Both the position numbers and the translations under genes were made by a program. Positions 1 to 14,105 of a stretch of DNA of 64,000 nt are shown here, piece by piece. Each line of letters starts with the position of its first letter. The stretch's first letter is position 1. This DNA comes from Eledone cirrhosa. Lineage: Eukaryota. The DNA lies in NCBI GenBank assembly GCA_964016885.1, contig OZ024741.1, positions 22,692,001-22,756,000 of the forward strand, given 5' to 3'. Under the pieces are notes generated by a model. It was not told the DNA's origin. It did not search any database and worked only from the letters and a program-made list of their open reading frames with translations.

Positions 1-736
<736 letters not shown>

Positions 737-3700
737 CCAGAGGCCTATACTATCGCTTGCCTGGTTGCCTTTCGATATACGATATATGATGGATGGATGG
801 ACTGCGGAATCCTGGAGAGTGGAGGTGAGAGAGAAAAATCTGGACGCTCAGCGACAATGCCAAAGATAAGACAAATTCACCCCTTGGACGAGAATGCGAG
901 CACTCCTCATTGTTTCGACCGCGGACGGCTAACATAACCCCATCGCCCCCCGCCCCTCACCGCCCCCCAACCCCCAAACGCAATCCAAAACTTCAGAGTT
1001 GGTACCATAAATGTAGGCACCCTAAAGGGTCGCGCTAACGAGGTTGTAGAAATGCTTGAACGTAAGGAGGTCGATGTTTGTTGTATTCAAGAGACCAGGT
1101 GGAGGGGTGGGTCTGCTAGGTTCATTGAGGGTAAAAAACGTTGTTATAAGCTTTTCTGGGTGGGAAACGACGATGGGCTGGGTGGAGTAGGAATCATGGT
1201 AGCAGAAAAGTGGGCAGATAAGATAATAGACGTAAATAGAGTGAACGACAGAATAATTAAAATACGACTTGTCCTCAATAGAACTACGGTGACAGTAATA
1301 TCTGCGTACGCACCCCAATCCGGACTGCCCGGCACTATAAAAGACAGATTCTATGAGACACTGATGCTAACTACCTCCCAAATATCCGACAGTGACTATA
1401 TAATTATCGCAGGCGACCTAAATGGTCACGTTGGACAACATTGTGACGGCTACGACGAAATCCATGGAGGCTATGGGTTTGGTACTAGAAATGAGGAAGG
1501 CTCCAGAATCCTGGAATTCTGTGATGCAAATAACCTAACTATCTGTAACACTAACTTCAAAAAACGTGACAATCACCTGATCACCTATAGATCCGGGGAA
1601 CACACAAGCCAGGTAGATTATATCCTTACCAGAAGACGTGACAGAGTGTCTGTTGTTAACACTAAATCCCTCCCCCATGAAGAATGCACCTCCCAACATA
1701 GACTGATAATTAGCGACCTCATAGTCAGGACGAGACGTACTCGACAACAGAAGAGGACTATCCTCAGGAGGAAAATATGGAAGCTAAAGGACCCCACAGC
1801 CAGGAATAAATTTCAAAGCATATTACTTGATGCTTTCGACAGTAAGGAAGAACATTTAGAGTCGGACAATATAGAGGGAGAGTGGGAATTTCTGAAAGCA
1901 AACCTGCTGTTGGCGACAGACGAGGTCTGTGGCTGGAGCAGGCCTGTAGGCAGGAGGAGAGTAACATGGTGGTGGAACAGTAAGGTGGAGGGGTCAATTA
2001 AGGCCAAAAAGCAGGCTTGGAAAGTATGGCGGGATGGGGGAAGTAGAGAGGACTATCAAGTGGCCAGGAGGGAAGCTAGGAGACAAGTGTACTTAGCAAG
2101 AAGGGAAGCTGAGGAAAGAAAGTTCAAGCATGTTCTACAACGCGATGACCAAAAACGTGAGGTGTTCAGGATTGCTAGGCAATGCGTCAAGGAAAACCGT
2201 GATATTGTCGGGGAGAAGTGTGTACTAAACGACGATGGCACACTTGCCATCACCGACGCTGATAAGAAGGTAGCTTGGAAGTGTCACTATGAAAGGCTTC
2301 TAAATGAGGAGAATAATTGGGAGAAAGGCAGTCTCCCCCATATCGACCCAATAGAGGGACCAGCAGTGTTAGTCGAGGGGAGTATAATAAGTAAGGCAAT
2401 CAAGGATATGAAGACTGGTAAGGCGGCTGGGCCTTCGGAAATAGTTGCTGAGATGCTGAAGGCATCTGGCACGGTGGGACACACCATGGTCACCCGCATA
2501 GTTAACCAAGTCGTACAAAACGGGGTTGTTCCGAAGGACTGGCATAGCAGCATCATCGTTAACTGTTATAAGGGTAAAGGAGACGCCCTAGATAGGAGTA
2601 ACTATAGAGGCATTAAATTAATCGACCAGGTCATGAAGGTCACGGAAAGAGTAATAGCGCAACTAATCAGAGAGAGAATTGACCTAGATGAAATGCAGTT
2701 CGGGTTTGTGTCAGGCAAAAGTACCACAGACGCTCTTTTCATAGTACGACAACTACAAGAGAAGTACCTAGCTAAAGGTAAACCCCTCTACTTAGCTTTT
2801 GTCGACTTGGAGAAAGCCTTCGACAGAGTCCCCCGCTCCATTATCTGGTGGGCTCTTAGAAAACTAGGCGTTGACGAATGGCTTGTGAGGGCTATACAAG
2901 CCATGTATAAAGAAACAGTCAGCAAGGTTAGAATTAACAACGAATATAGTGAAGAGTTTAGCGTAAAAGTTGGCGTCCATCAGGGCTCTGTTCTCAGCCC
3001 CCTACTATTTATTATTGCCCTTCAGGCTATAACAGAGGAGTTCAAGACAGGCTGCCCATGGGAACTCCTATACGCAGACGACCTGACACTCATAGCGGAA
3101 TCAATGGCCGAGCTAGAGAAGAAATTCCAAACATGGAAGCACGGCCTAGAGTCAAAAGGACTTAAAATTAACCTGGCTAAGACCAAAGTTCTAGTTTGTA
3201 GGAAAGAAAACAAGGCGGCGGTCCCTTCTGGGAAATGGTCGTGCTCGGTGTGTAGGAAAGGCGTAGGTAGAAACTCCATTTTGTGTCCTAAATGCAAAGT
3301 ATGGGTGCATAAAAGATGTAGTGGGATCACAGGTAAGCTAACTAAGAACATAGATTTTACATGTGGCCGGTGTTCTGGTGCAATAAGTAGCAGCAAGTGC
3401 CCACACAATACTAGCTCTTTCAATTGCGCAGAGGGTTCTATAGAAATAGTGGACAGCTTCCGTTACCTGGGCGATAAAATCAGCAGTGGGGGAGGGTGCT
3501 CTGAAAGTACTGTAGCTAGAGTCAGAACTGGTTGGAAAAAGTTCAGAGAGCTTATACCACTATTAGCTGCTAAAGGGTTCTCCCTAAAAATGAAAGGCAG
3601 GTTATACGATGCCTGCATACGAACAGCAATGTTGCATGGCAGTGAGACCTGGGCATTGTGTGCAGAGGATATACGCAGACTAGAGAGGAACGAAGCTTGC

Positions 3701-4391
3701 ATGCTCCGCTGGATGTGTAACAGTAATATACGTGAACGGCAAAGCATAAACGAACTAAGGAAAAAATTAGAGATAAGAGGGATCAGATGTTGTTTACTCG
3801 AGAGAAGGCTACGTTGGTATGGACACGTGATGCGCATGAAAGTCGATAGCTGTATAACAAAGTGCAGGGCAATAAAGATAGACGGTAGCCACGGAATAGG
3901 CAGACCTAGAAAAACCTGGGACGAGCTGATAAACTCCGACCTCACACACTTACACCTCTCCAAGACAGTGTCACTGGACCGAGACCTTTGGCGGTACTCA
4001 GTAACAGAGAAGACCCGCCTTGCCAGTAGGCATCTCTAACAAAATACACCCCGTCCCACCACCACCACCCCCACCCCATCCACACCACCCCGTCCTATGT
4101 AAAGTTATGTTGGTGCTGCGCCATCCGGGCCGAAACAAATGAGATCGTGTAGGTGTCACGACAAAAAAACACACAGTCCACGCTGTAATGTGGCCGTGTA
4201 GGCAACACGGTAAAAACCTCCCAGACCCACACTGTAAATGTGGTTGGTGTTAGGAAGGGCATCCAACTGTAGAAAACCTGCCAGACAGTCCTATGCGAGC
4301 AAGACAATCACTCTTGCCTCAAGTGGGACTACCCCCGTCCAAACCCATGCAAGCGTGGAACACGGACGTTAAACGTTGATGATGATGATGA

Positions 4392-4394
<3 letters not shown>
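737..4394 (+). mobile_element. Near full-length RTE-clade LINE (family A) inserted in (TA)n
   Basis: Single APE-RT ORF, ~340-nt 3' UTR, (GAT)n tail 4378-4394, (TA)n on both sides. Confidence 0.93.
1052..4039 (+). CDS. RTE ORF: APE endonuclease + reverse transcriptase + internal PHD finger; frame is open from 938
   Basis: Motifs VCCIQETRW, SAYAPQ, AGDLNGHVG, QVDYIL, SQHRL; NYRGIKL, FVDLEKAFD, HQGSVLSP, LLYADDL; C4HC3 at 3242-3373; RRLRWYGHV..GRPRKTW. First APE motif FRVGTINVGTLKGR lies upstream of ATG 1052. Confidence 0.93.
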   Translation: MLERKEVDVCCIQETRWRGGSARFIEGKKRCYKLFWVGNDDGLGGVGIMVAEKWADKIIDVNRVNDRIIKIRLVLNRTTVTVISAYAPQSGLPGTIKDRFYETLMLTTSQISDSDYIIIAGDLNGHVGQHCDGYDEIHGGYGFGTRNEEGSRILEFCDANNLTICNTNFKKRDNHLITYRSGEHTSQVDYILTRRRDRVSVVNTKSLPHEECTSQHRLIISDLIVRTRRTRQQKRTILRRKIWKLKDPTARNKFQSILLDAFDSKEEHLESDNIEGEWEFLKANLLLATDEVCGWSRPVGRRRVTWWWNSKVEGSIKAKKQAWKVWRDGGSREDYQVARREARRQVYLARREAEERKFKHVLQRDDQKREVFRIARQCVKENRDIVGEKCVLNDDGTLAITDADKKVAWKCHYERLLNEENNWEKGSLPHIDPIEGPAVLVEGSIISKAIKDMKTGKAAGPSEIVAEMLKASGTVGHTMVTRIVNQVVQNGVVPKDWHSSIIVNCYKGKGDALDRSNYRGIKLIDQVMKVTERVIAQLIRERIDLDEMQFGFVSGKSTTDALFIVRQLQEKYLAKGKPLYLAFVDLEKAFDRVPRSIIWWALRKLGVDEWLVRAIQAMYKETVSKVRINNEYSEEFSVKVGVHQGSVLSPLLFIIALQAITEEFKTGCPWELLYADDLTLIAESMAELEKKFQTWKHGLESKGLKINLAKTKVLVCRKENKAAVPSGKWSCSVCRKGVGRNSILCPKCKVWVHKRCSGITGKLTKNIDFTCGRCSGAISSSKCPHNTSSFNCAEGSIEIVDSFRYLGDKISSGGGCSESTVARVRTGWKKFRELIPLLAAKGFSLKMKGRLYDACIRTAMLHGSETWALCAEDIRRLERNEACMLRWMCNSNIRERQSINELRKKLEIRGIRCCLLERRLRWYGHVMRMKVDSCITKCRAIKIDGSHGIGRPRKTWDELINSDLTHLHLSKTVSLDRDLWRYSVTEKTRLASRHL

Positions 4395-5483
<1,089 letters not shown>

Positions 5484-5488
<5 letters not shown>

Positions 5489-5664
5489 AACAAGTAAGAC
5501 CCCAACGGCTGAGCTGAAGCCGTTTCGACGGCTAATTAGCCGTCGAAACGGCTTGAGCTCAGCCGTCGGAGTCTTACTTGTTCCTATTACCCACTCTACT
5601 ACCCTAAGTATTGAGTACTTTGGTGCGTTATGGTCCACCTGGTTCCTTACCAAATTTCCTTCGT
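5484..5664 (+). mobile_element. Fold-back element with 3' half of a hammerhead (Penelope pLTR-like end), family P1
   Basis: ~100-bp near-perfect palindrome 5484-5587 plus unique tail; GAAAC-GGCT..AGCC-GTC at 5545-5567; relatives at 32028-32263 and 35131-35297. Confidence 0.6.
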
Positions 5665-5691
5665 TATATATATATATATATACATATATAT

Positions 5692-5756
<65 letters not shown>

Positions 5757-6109
5757 CATATATATACATATATATATATACACATATATATGTAAAATAT
5801 GAAAGAAAATATTTCAGATTATTTTCTTTATCTTTATAGCGAACATGTTTACTAGCTGAGCCAGTTATTGGTTTGCTCCCTGGTTTAAAAGTCAAATATC
5901 AAATATTTAACTTTTCACAATAAACAGGTTTGATTTATGATGAACGAAAGATTATTCCTAATCACTTCTTTGGATGAAAGAGGAAACAATTATAGTGTAA
6001 TATTCAGTGAAAAAGTATCAGTATTTTGTGTGAAAATCTATTCTTTACTGATATGAAAAATAAAGCTTCAACAATGAGGCACATATCTTGAATAAGGAAA
6101 AGACTATAA

Positions 6110-6165
6110 CCATACAGATCCCGAGCTGAAGATCCGCGAAGGTGAAACAATTGTTCTCGGTATGG
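6110..6165 (+). ncRNA. Minimal type I hammerhead ribozyme
   Basis: CCGAG-CTGAAGA-T-CC-GCGAA-GG-T-GAAAC-AATT-GTT-CTCGG; stem I CCGAG/CTCGG extended by CCATA/TATGG; palindromic stem III ACAATTGT. Confidence 0.8.
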
Positions 6166-6441
6166 TGAACTAACTGTTGTGTAACCACTTATATATATAT
6201 ATATATATATATATACTAAATATGTATATATATTTAGTATGTATATATATATATATATATATAGTATGTATATATATTTAGTATGTATGTATATATATTT
6301 AGTATGTATGTGTATATATATATATTAATAAGAGGAATTCCAACTTTGTCTGATTTACTCGTTTTATTTACAATCCTTTAAAATTTATAATGGTATTATA
6401 ATGAAATAGTATGATAGAATATTAAATTCTAAGTGTTAATT

Positions 6442-6478
6442 GAACAAGTACTTTCATGCTTTCGCAATCTTCAGGTTC
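6442..6478 (-). ncRNA. Minimal type I hammerhead ribozyme
   Basis: Reverse complement GAAC-CTGAAGA-T-TGC-GAAA-GCA-T-GAAAG-TA-CTT-GTTC; stem I GAAC/GTTC; palindromic stem III AGTACT; CUU triplet. Confidence 0.7.
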
Positions 6479-6733
6479 CTAATATGTGGTGACAGTCAAG
6501 TTTGCAATTTTCAACTGTAATAAGATGGGTAAATTTTCTACCTTTTATACATTTTATACAGGGAAAAGTGGCTCCAGAATCCTAAGTCTTGCAAACTGTA
6601 TTTCGACCAATCAGTGTGTAGTTTCACTGAATTACTAAAGCTGATTGGTTTAAGCGTCACGGCTGGTTGAGCATGTCTAACGACCAATAATTAATCATAT
6701 CCAAAGCATCAATTGTTTTGCTATTTTTAGATA

Positions 6734-6812
<79 letters not shown>

Positions 6813-6816
6813 CATA

Positions 6817-7720
6817 TAGCTAAGACAAAAGTGTTGATGAGTAGAAAAGAGGACAAAACCCTGATTCCGTCAGGGAAATGGCCATGTTCGATATGCAGAA
6901 AAGGAACTGGCATAAATTCTATAAAATGCACACAATGTAGGTCCTGGGTACACAAGAGATGTAGCGGGATAGCAGGCAAACTAACAGGTAGGGAGAAATA
7001 TGTATGCAGTAGATGTACAGGGAAATTAGACAGTAGAAGTCGCACTGATAGACACATTTTTCAAATGCGAGAGGGCGCTATAGAAGTGTTGGATAGCTTC
7101 CGGTACCTAGGAGATCAGATTAGCATGGGAGGAGGGTGTTCCAAGGCCATAGTATCTAGAATAAGGACGGGTTGGAAGAAGTTTAGGGAGCTGCTTCCTC
7201 TGTTGACGAAGAAGGGTTTCTCCCTGCGTACGAAAGGCCGGTTGTATGATGCCTGTGTGAGGAGCGCGATGCTGTATGGTAGTGAGACATGGGCAGCTAC
7301 CGCAGAAGATATGCGACGGCTGGAGAGAAATGAGGCAAGCATGCTCCGTTGGATGTGCAGTGTAAATGTGCGTGAACGACCCAGCATAAATGTGTTGAGA
7401 GAGAAACTGTGTCTGAGAGGGATAGAATGTAGTGTACGGGAGAGGAGACTGAGGTGGTATGGACATGTGATGCGCATGGAGGATGACCGATGGGTGAAGA
7501 AGTGCCAGGAAATGCCAGTTGAAGGAAGACGTAGTAGAGGTAGACCACGAAAAACATGGGCGGAGGTGGTGAGAACAGACCTCAGATCATTGAAGCTCAC
7601 GGTGGAGATGACGAGGGACCGTGACGAGTGGAGAGATGCTGTGCTGAATAAGACTCGTCCCACCCTTGCAAGCAGGGAAAAGCGGACGTAAAATGATGAT
7701 GATGATGATGATGATGATGA
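6817..7720 (+). mobile_element. 5'-truncated RTE LINE (family C): PHD plus C-terminus, ORF 6831-7691
   Basis: WPCSIC..CTQC..HKRC..CSRC, RRLRWYGHV, GRPRKTW; stop followed almost at once by (GAT)n; flanked by (TA)n. Confidence 0.92.
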
Positions 7721-7735
7721 TATATATATATATAT

Positions 7736-7806
<71 letters not shown>

Positions 7807-8335
7807 CAATTAATTAAGCAACAAGCTTACATCATTATATTTGAGAATTTATTATAATCTTGAATATTTTGTTGTTTTATTGTTCATTTCTAAATTTCAC
7901 CATGTCTTGTAATTCATTTTTTACAAATAACTATTGACTAATATTTCTACAATTCTGACCAGCTAACTTCAGTTATTTACTGAAACATTTTTCTTTCTTG
8001 TCTTTGCAGTATGGCATTCTTAAATTACATGATTTCTGATAAGTCTTAGCTGTAACCAAAAGACCTCAGGAGGTTTTACAACTAGTAGGAAAAAAAACCT
8101 AGTCAGTGTATTTAAAATATGTTCATGTTTAGAGTGCTTACTGAAGTTTAAAAAACTATATATACACACACACATATATGTATATATATATAATGTGTGT
8201 GCGTGAAGGTAGATATGGTTTTGTTTATGTATATCAGGAATGAATGTTTAAACAAAAAAGTTGCTTACCAGGGAGTTTGACTCGACGGGATCCTGAATTA
8301 TACCTCATAGTGAATAGTTGAATTCCACTACTATA

Positions 8336-8440
8336 GGCTTTCTGATGAAGTGTAATAAATAATTAAGTATTGCATATGATAGAACAATATATATTGTAGT
8401 CAGCATATGTAGACAATTTATAATAGACACAGAAACATTT
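8336..8440 (+). ncRNA. Incomplete hammerhead core with long stem II
   Basis: CTGATGA(8342)-A-GTGT..long hairpin..ACAC-A-GAAAC(8432)ATTT; no NUH triplet or stem I partner. Confidence 0.35.
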
Positions 8441-9114
8441 TATTTTTCTTGGTGCAATACTTGCTTATATATATATATATTATATATTAGAAAGATCGAG
8501 TATCGAAAAATCGGCGCACGAGTTCACGATAAACAAGATTCGAAATGAGCGGCAGAGGGCTCAATAATTCAGATGAATCAGAGCTATAACTATCGTTAAA
8601 ATACCGTCACACATAGAACAAGTCTAAAATCAACCATACGATAAAAAATCGATAATAGAAGATTCGGGACAATCAGATAAAAAATATCAATAAAACAATA
8701 CATCAATAATTTAAATGAATGTAAAATCATACCCGGACCCACTAGAAAGGTGTTAAATCTAGCTTCTTGGGTTTCTGTAAATCCTTAGACTGTACTCTAT
8801 CAGCTCACATATAAATACATAAGAATTATATATATTATATATACATTATTGTCTGTCTGTCTGTCTGGTATTTTTTCTAAACACACACTGAAGATTACAG
8901 GTGATATCAAACTTAAGGCCATGATTTAAAATTTTAGTTACTTTCATCAACACACTTACTTCCTATATTCCTGTCTCCAATTATATTTTAATTTTATGTA
9001 ATTTTCTCTGAATGGCTAACACTTTCTTCTATGTTGATAGATTCTTTAGAAATAATCAGTGAATTCTTGCTGTTAGATTCTTATAATAAATGTTATTCAA
9101 GTCTTTAATGTCTT

Positions 9115-9708
9115 TTAACCCTTCAGCATTTAAACCGGCCATATCCAGCCAGAATTCTCTCATCTCTTTCTGTTCAAACTGGCCATAACAAGCCCCTTAT
9201 ACGTTAAGGTATTGTTCTCAAAATAAATAACATCATCATCATCTCGTAGATTCGATATTATGTGAGATAAAGCCAATAGTAGAGTGAATGGTTAATTTTC
9301 TTTGTAAGAATTATTTTTCTTTCTTGCAGACATTGATCTGCTAACTTGTCCACATCAGTAGATTAATAATTGTCTAATGGCTGGTTTGATTGTCAGGTTA
9401 TGTAGCTTTCTAAAAACAATTAAAACCTTTAGCATTTAAACCGGCTGTAGCCGGCCAGAATTCTTTCTCCTTTTTGAAACTGGTCATAACTGGCAGCTGA
9501 CACTTACGTTAAGATATCATTCTTCAAATAAACAATAATATCATCAAAATCTCTTAAACTCGATATTATGTGAGATAAAGCCTTTACCATGAATATACAA
9601 TAGTAAATATAGAGTAATGTAAGACTCAATATTATGTGTGATAATTATGTGTGATAAAGCCTTTACCATGAATATACAATAGCGAATATAGAGTAATGTA
9701 AATGGTTA
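9115..9708. mobile_element. Two copies of a TTAA-flanked MITE (family M1): 9115-9295 and 9421-9708
   Basis: Both start TTAA(c/a)cct(t/c)agcatttaaaccggc and end atggTTAA; homologous to 25867-26081. Confidence 0.65.
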
Positions 9709-9879
9709 AGGATTCTTTTTCCTATAGTTGTGTAGTTGTGAAGTAAATTAGTTACCTTATCAACTGTTCACTTAAAGAACGGTGCAACAAAATCCAATTA
9801 AACTCTGTCCAGTAGTCAAAGAATTTACCAATATTATTTATTTAATTTTTATTAGCAGAATCAGGAATTATTCAAGCCA

Positions 9880-10846
9880 AATATTTTCCAGTGTTTAGTT
9901 ACAAACCTTTATGTTCTAAGTTGCCATCTTGTTGGCATCAACTTTGCTTTTCATCTTTCCAGAATTGATAAAAATAATGTTGTTGGTTTAATCGACTATA
10001 TCTTCCCATCCCCAAAATTTATGGCCCTGTACTCAAGGTTAGCTTTGCCTTTCATCCTTACGGGGTCGATAAAATAAAGAATCAGTAATGCACTGGGGTC
10101 AACTTAATCGACTTCCCCCTCCCCCCAAAATTGCTGGCCTTGTACCTATAGTAAAAATCATTATTATTATTATTAGGGCGATGGATTGGCAATATTGGGA
10201 GAGTGTCGGACACCCTGCTTCGCAACATATAGTTATGGCCTTTTATGTTCTGAGTCCAAATCCCACCAAGGTTAGCTTTGCCTTTCATCCTCACGAGGTC
10301 AATAAAATAAAGTACCAGTAATATACTGGAGTCAGTTTAATCAACTTTCCCCTCCCCCCCAAAATTGCTGGCTTTTTGCCTAAATCAGAAACCATTATTA
10401 TTATTAGTGCAGTGAATTAGCTGAGTTTTTAGAATATTAGACAAAATACCTTGCAGTGTTTGTTCCAGTTCTTTATATTCTGGTTTCAAGTCCAGCCCAA
10501 GTTAACATTTTAATCCTTCTAGAATTGATAAAATAAAGTTCCAATCAAGTCGTGGAATCAATTTAATCAGTTTTTCCTTCTCCCACAAAATTACTGGCCT
10601 TGTGCCTAAATTGGAAACCATTGAGGGTGGAGGATTAGCAGAGTCATTATAGCTTCAGACAAAATGCTTTGCAGCATTTGTTGCAGGTTTTTACATTCTG
10701 AGGTCAACTTTGTCTTTCATCCATACGGGATCCATAAAATAAAGTACTAGTAATGCAGTGGGATCGATTTAATCAACTTTTCCCTCCCTCAAAATTGTTG
10801 GCCTTGTTGCTAAGTTAGAAACCATTATTATTATTATTATTATTAT
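9880..10846 (+). mobile_element. Tandem array of ~5 tRNA-derived SINEs (family S1) separated by (ATT)n
   Basis: B-box-like GAGT(T/C)CAAATCCC, core GCCTTTCATCC..GGTCGATAAAATAAAGTACCAG, tail GCTGGCCTTGTGCC..GAAACCATTATT. Confidence 0.8.
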
Positions 10847-12839
10847 AGTCATTAATGATATTCCCTACAAAAAAATAGTTTATTCTAGAATGTAATATTA
10901 AAATCTTTTATCATAAAAGATGTATGTGCAGTTTTAAAAAATGTATTAAAAATAAAATGATAGCATATAAAAAATAAATTATTCTAAACTACATTATTAC
11001 AGATTCTGTTTTAAGACTTAACAAAATTTAGGTGAAGTTTCCAGAAAAAATATTTTAATTCTACAAAATTTAGGTGTAGTTACAAGGAAAAATATCTTAA
11101 TGTTACAAAATGCTATAAATCATTTATATACAATTAATTTAAAAAAAACACGCACACAAACATAACTCGTTCTTTTACAATATAAAGTACCTTTTGCATT
11201 GAATAGTCTGTTAAATTTGCACTGTTGCCATTCCTGTGGACATCTTGCAATCTGTGACTTGCTAAGACATCTGGCTCTGTACAAGTGCCATACCTGCCTT
11301 CCCATCATGCAACAGAGCATTCAGTGTTATCTTGTTGTCCAGCTGACCTACAAAAGTGAACTTCAACAAATTGTTTACAACCCAAGAATCACTTGCCTGT
11401 CTCCTTCTCCTCTCCTTTTCCTACTCCTCCTACTCCTCTTCTTCGTGTCACCATTTGCACAAGACTGCGCTGATACTGCTGATGTTGATGTTGCTGATGA
11501 TGGCTGTTAAATTGCTGCAATCGATATTGGGTTGTGAGGTACAGTATACGTGGCTAATGATGACCTTCTAAAGTCTGCTTGCCTGTTGATTCAATCAGCT
11601 GACAGAAGATGGTGTCACAACCTCTGGTTGTTTGTAGTGCTACTACTAACCCACTAGCTTTTTTTTTTCTTTTTTTTTTCTTTTTTTTCCTTTTTTTTTT
11701 TTCTTTTTTTTTACATTTATTTCTCTCTGCCAGAACAATATGACATGTTGCTCAAAGAAAGACCCTCAAATATAACAATTTGCTTTTCAATAATATAGTT
11801 TTATCATCTTTTGGATACTGTTGCTAGCTTTTCATTAAATTTAGTTTTAACTATATTGTCTTTTATTAAGTATTAAATATATACATAAATACCTTACAAA
11901 TATAATGTCGTTGATAAAACATTGATACTGAATTTAGAATTTTTGACTTTTATTGCCAAATTTTAAAATACCCTAAATTCCTGTTTTGAAGACTAAAAAA
12001 TAGGACAAGTTTATGCCTGTTTCAATGGTTCAATAGAGGCATATTTAGTTTAAAATATGTTTTGATCGTGACTAAAAATAGGTATTGTGTATATAATTGG
12101 TAATAATGTAGGTAGTAAAATAAAGTTGGCTTAACTTTATAAGATAAACTTGAATAGCATTTAATACAATAATCCCATGTCTCCATATGTAAAAAAATGT
12201 AAAATGTATAAAAAATATATTATGCAAAGGAACACTGAGCTATATAATTCTAAATGGAAAATATGATTTAATTTAAACAGAGTTGTGTAATGATGAGCTG
12301 TAGTTGTTGTTACTTAGCCTGAAGTTAACCTTGATTGAGCAAACCTATGATCAAAGGCATTTCAGCCATGATCATTCTCTCTGTTTTTGAGCAACTAAAG
12401 CTGAATTATCTAATGTCTCATTCCTCTTTTAATAAGTAGGGTATTATTTAATGGGGACTTCGTTGGTATTTCTATGAGGTTAAACAGCCACGTAAAGGTA
12501 CTTTCATTGGCTTTGCTATTGTATGTTGGAGTGTATATAGTGATATATACACTGCTTACCTCATCCTACTCTTCTTGCAATGAAGGTATAAAAAAATAAG
12601 GACTGACAGCTTCACTATTATCAAACAAACAACAAATGGAGCCCTAGGCATAGATTATGATATTAAATTGTAGATATAGCATTTATTTTATTTTCATGAC
12701 TCAGTGTGTAAAACATAATAAGGACCTTAAATACATGTCTCTTATTCAAGGCTTTTCTTACCAATCCAGTAATATTACTGTAGGTAATAATTCAATAGTA
12801 AAGCATGACTCCCATTATATATAACAGCTATTATAGATC

Positions 12840-13050
12840 TTAAACATTTTTTATACCAACCTGGCCGAAATTGACTTTGGTCATGTGAAACAAAATCACT
12901 CATTTTAAATTAAAATTTTCTAATATAATTTTATATAAGAACCATATAAGTTAATAAAATAATTAATAATTTTAGTAAGCCCTCAAAAGGTATCATTAAA
13001 TAATTGAAATAGAGTGTATTTCATTGGAAATACTGTCAGAAAAGGATTAA
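12840..13050. mobile_element. Degenerate TTAA MITE (family M2); other copies ~18500-18756, ~24233-24475, 38350-38696
   Basis: Shared right end resembling TTTCATTAGAAATATGGTAATGAAAGGGTTAA and similar left ends. Confidence 0.5.
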
Positions 13051-13403
13051 AGCTTGTTCACCATCACTTACAGTTGGTTTTATTCGCCAAGAAAATATCT
13101 AATTTGCTCTTATACTCTAGAGAACTAAAATTGACTAAACTAATATATTTATTATAATTCTAAAACTTATTTATTTCCCCTCTTTTTTTTCTTCTACAAA
13201 CTTCTTCAAATATATATAAATAATAATAATGAAAATTATTGTGTACAGTGCTCAGGTGCATTACAACTCATCAAAGGTGCATGTATAGAGAATAATATAA
13301 GCTTGGTTCTGCTTTTTATTGCTGTCTACTACATAATTTCCAAATTTCTCTTCAAATTATATTCCTGCTAATTATTCTTGTTAACTTGTGTACTCTTATG
13401 TAT

Positions 13404-13449
<46 letters not shown>

Positions 13450-13494
13450 TTATTTAATATATATATATATATAATATATTTATTTATTTATTTT

Positions 13495-14105
13495 TTAAAA
13501 TAACAGATTAAAGCAGCGATTCTTTAATCTGTTATTTTAATAAATATTTGCTCTAGGGTTCTTTTATATTTGATATATATTTATTATCCTTATCGAGCCC
13601 TCTTTGGATTTTAGTCTTCACATTTATTATTATTACTATATATATATACATATATACATATATATATATACATTTATATATATACACATATATATATATA
13701 CATTTATATATATACACATATATATATATATACATTTATATATATATATATATACATTTATATATATATACATTTATATATATACATATATATATATATA
13801 CATTTATATATATATACATTTATATATATATATACATTTATATATATATACATTTATATATATATACATTTATATATATACATATATATATATACATGTA
13901 TATATATATACATTTATTTATATATATACATATATATATATACATATATATATATATACATTTATATATATACATTTATTTATATATATACATATATATA
14001 TATATACATTTATATATATATATATAAATTTATATATATATATATATTTAAAATAACAGATTAAAGTTTAAGCAAAGAATCGCTGCTTTCACCCTTAACG
14101 GTGAA
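13495..14105. repeat. Short fold-back ends flanking a (TA)n/(TACATTTA) microsatellite
   Basis: AAAATAACAGATTAAAG-cagcgatt-CTTTAATCTGTTATTTT at 13497-13538; related sequence at 14050-14105 ending in hairpin TTCACC-cttaac-GGTGAA. Confidence 0.55.

Noticed and set aside
8760-8810. Minus-strand CTGATAG..GAAAC
   Set aside because: Core deviates and there is no cleavage triplet or stem I; at most a decayed remnant
11199-11640. Short ORFs in a non-repetitive block
   Set aside because: No convincing splice sites or protein motifs; could be UTR or regulatory but unsupported
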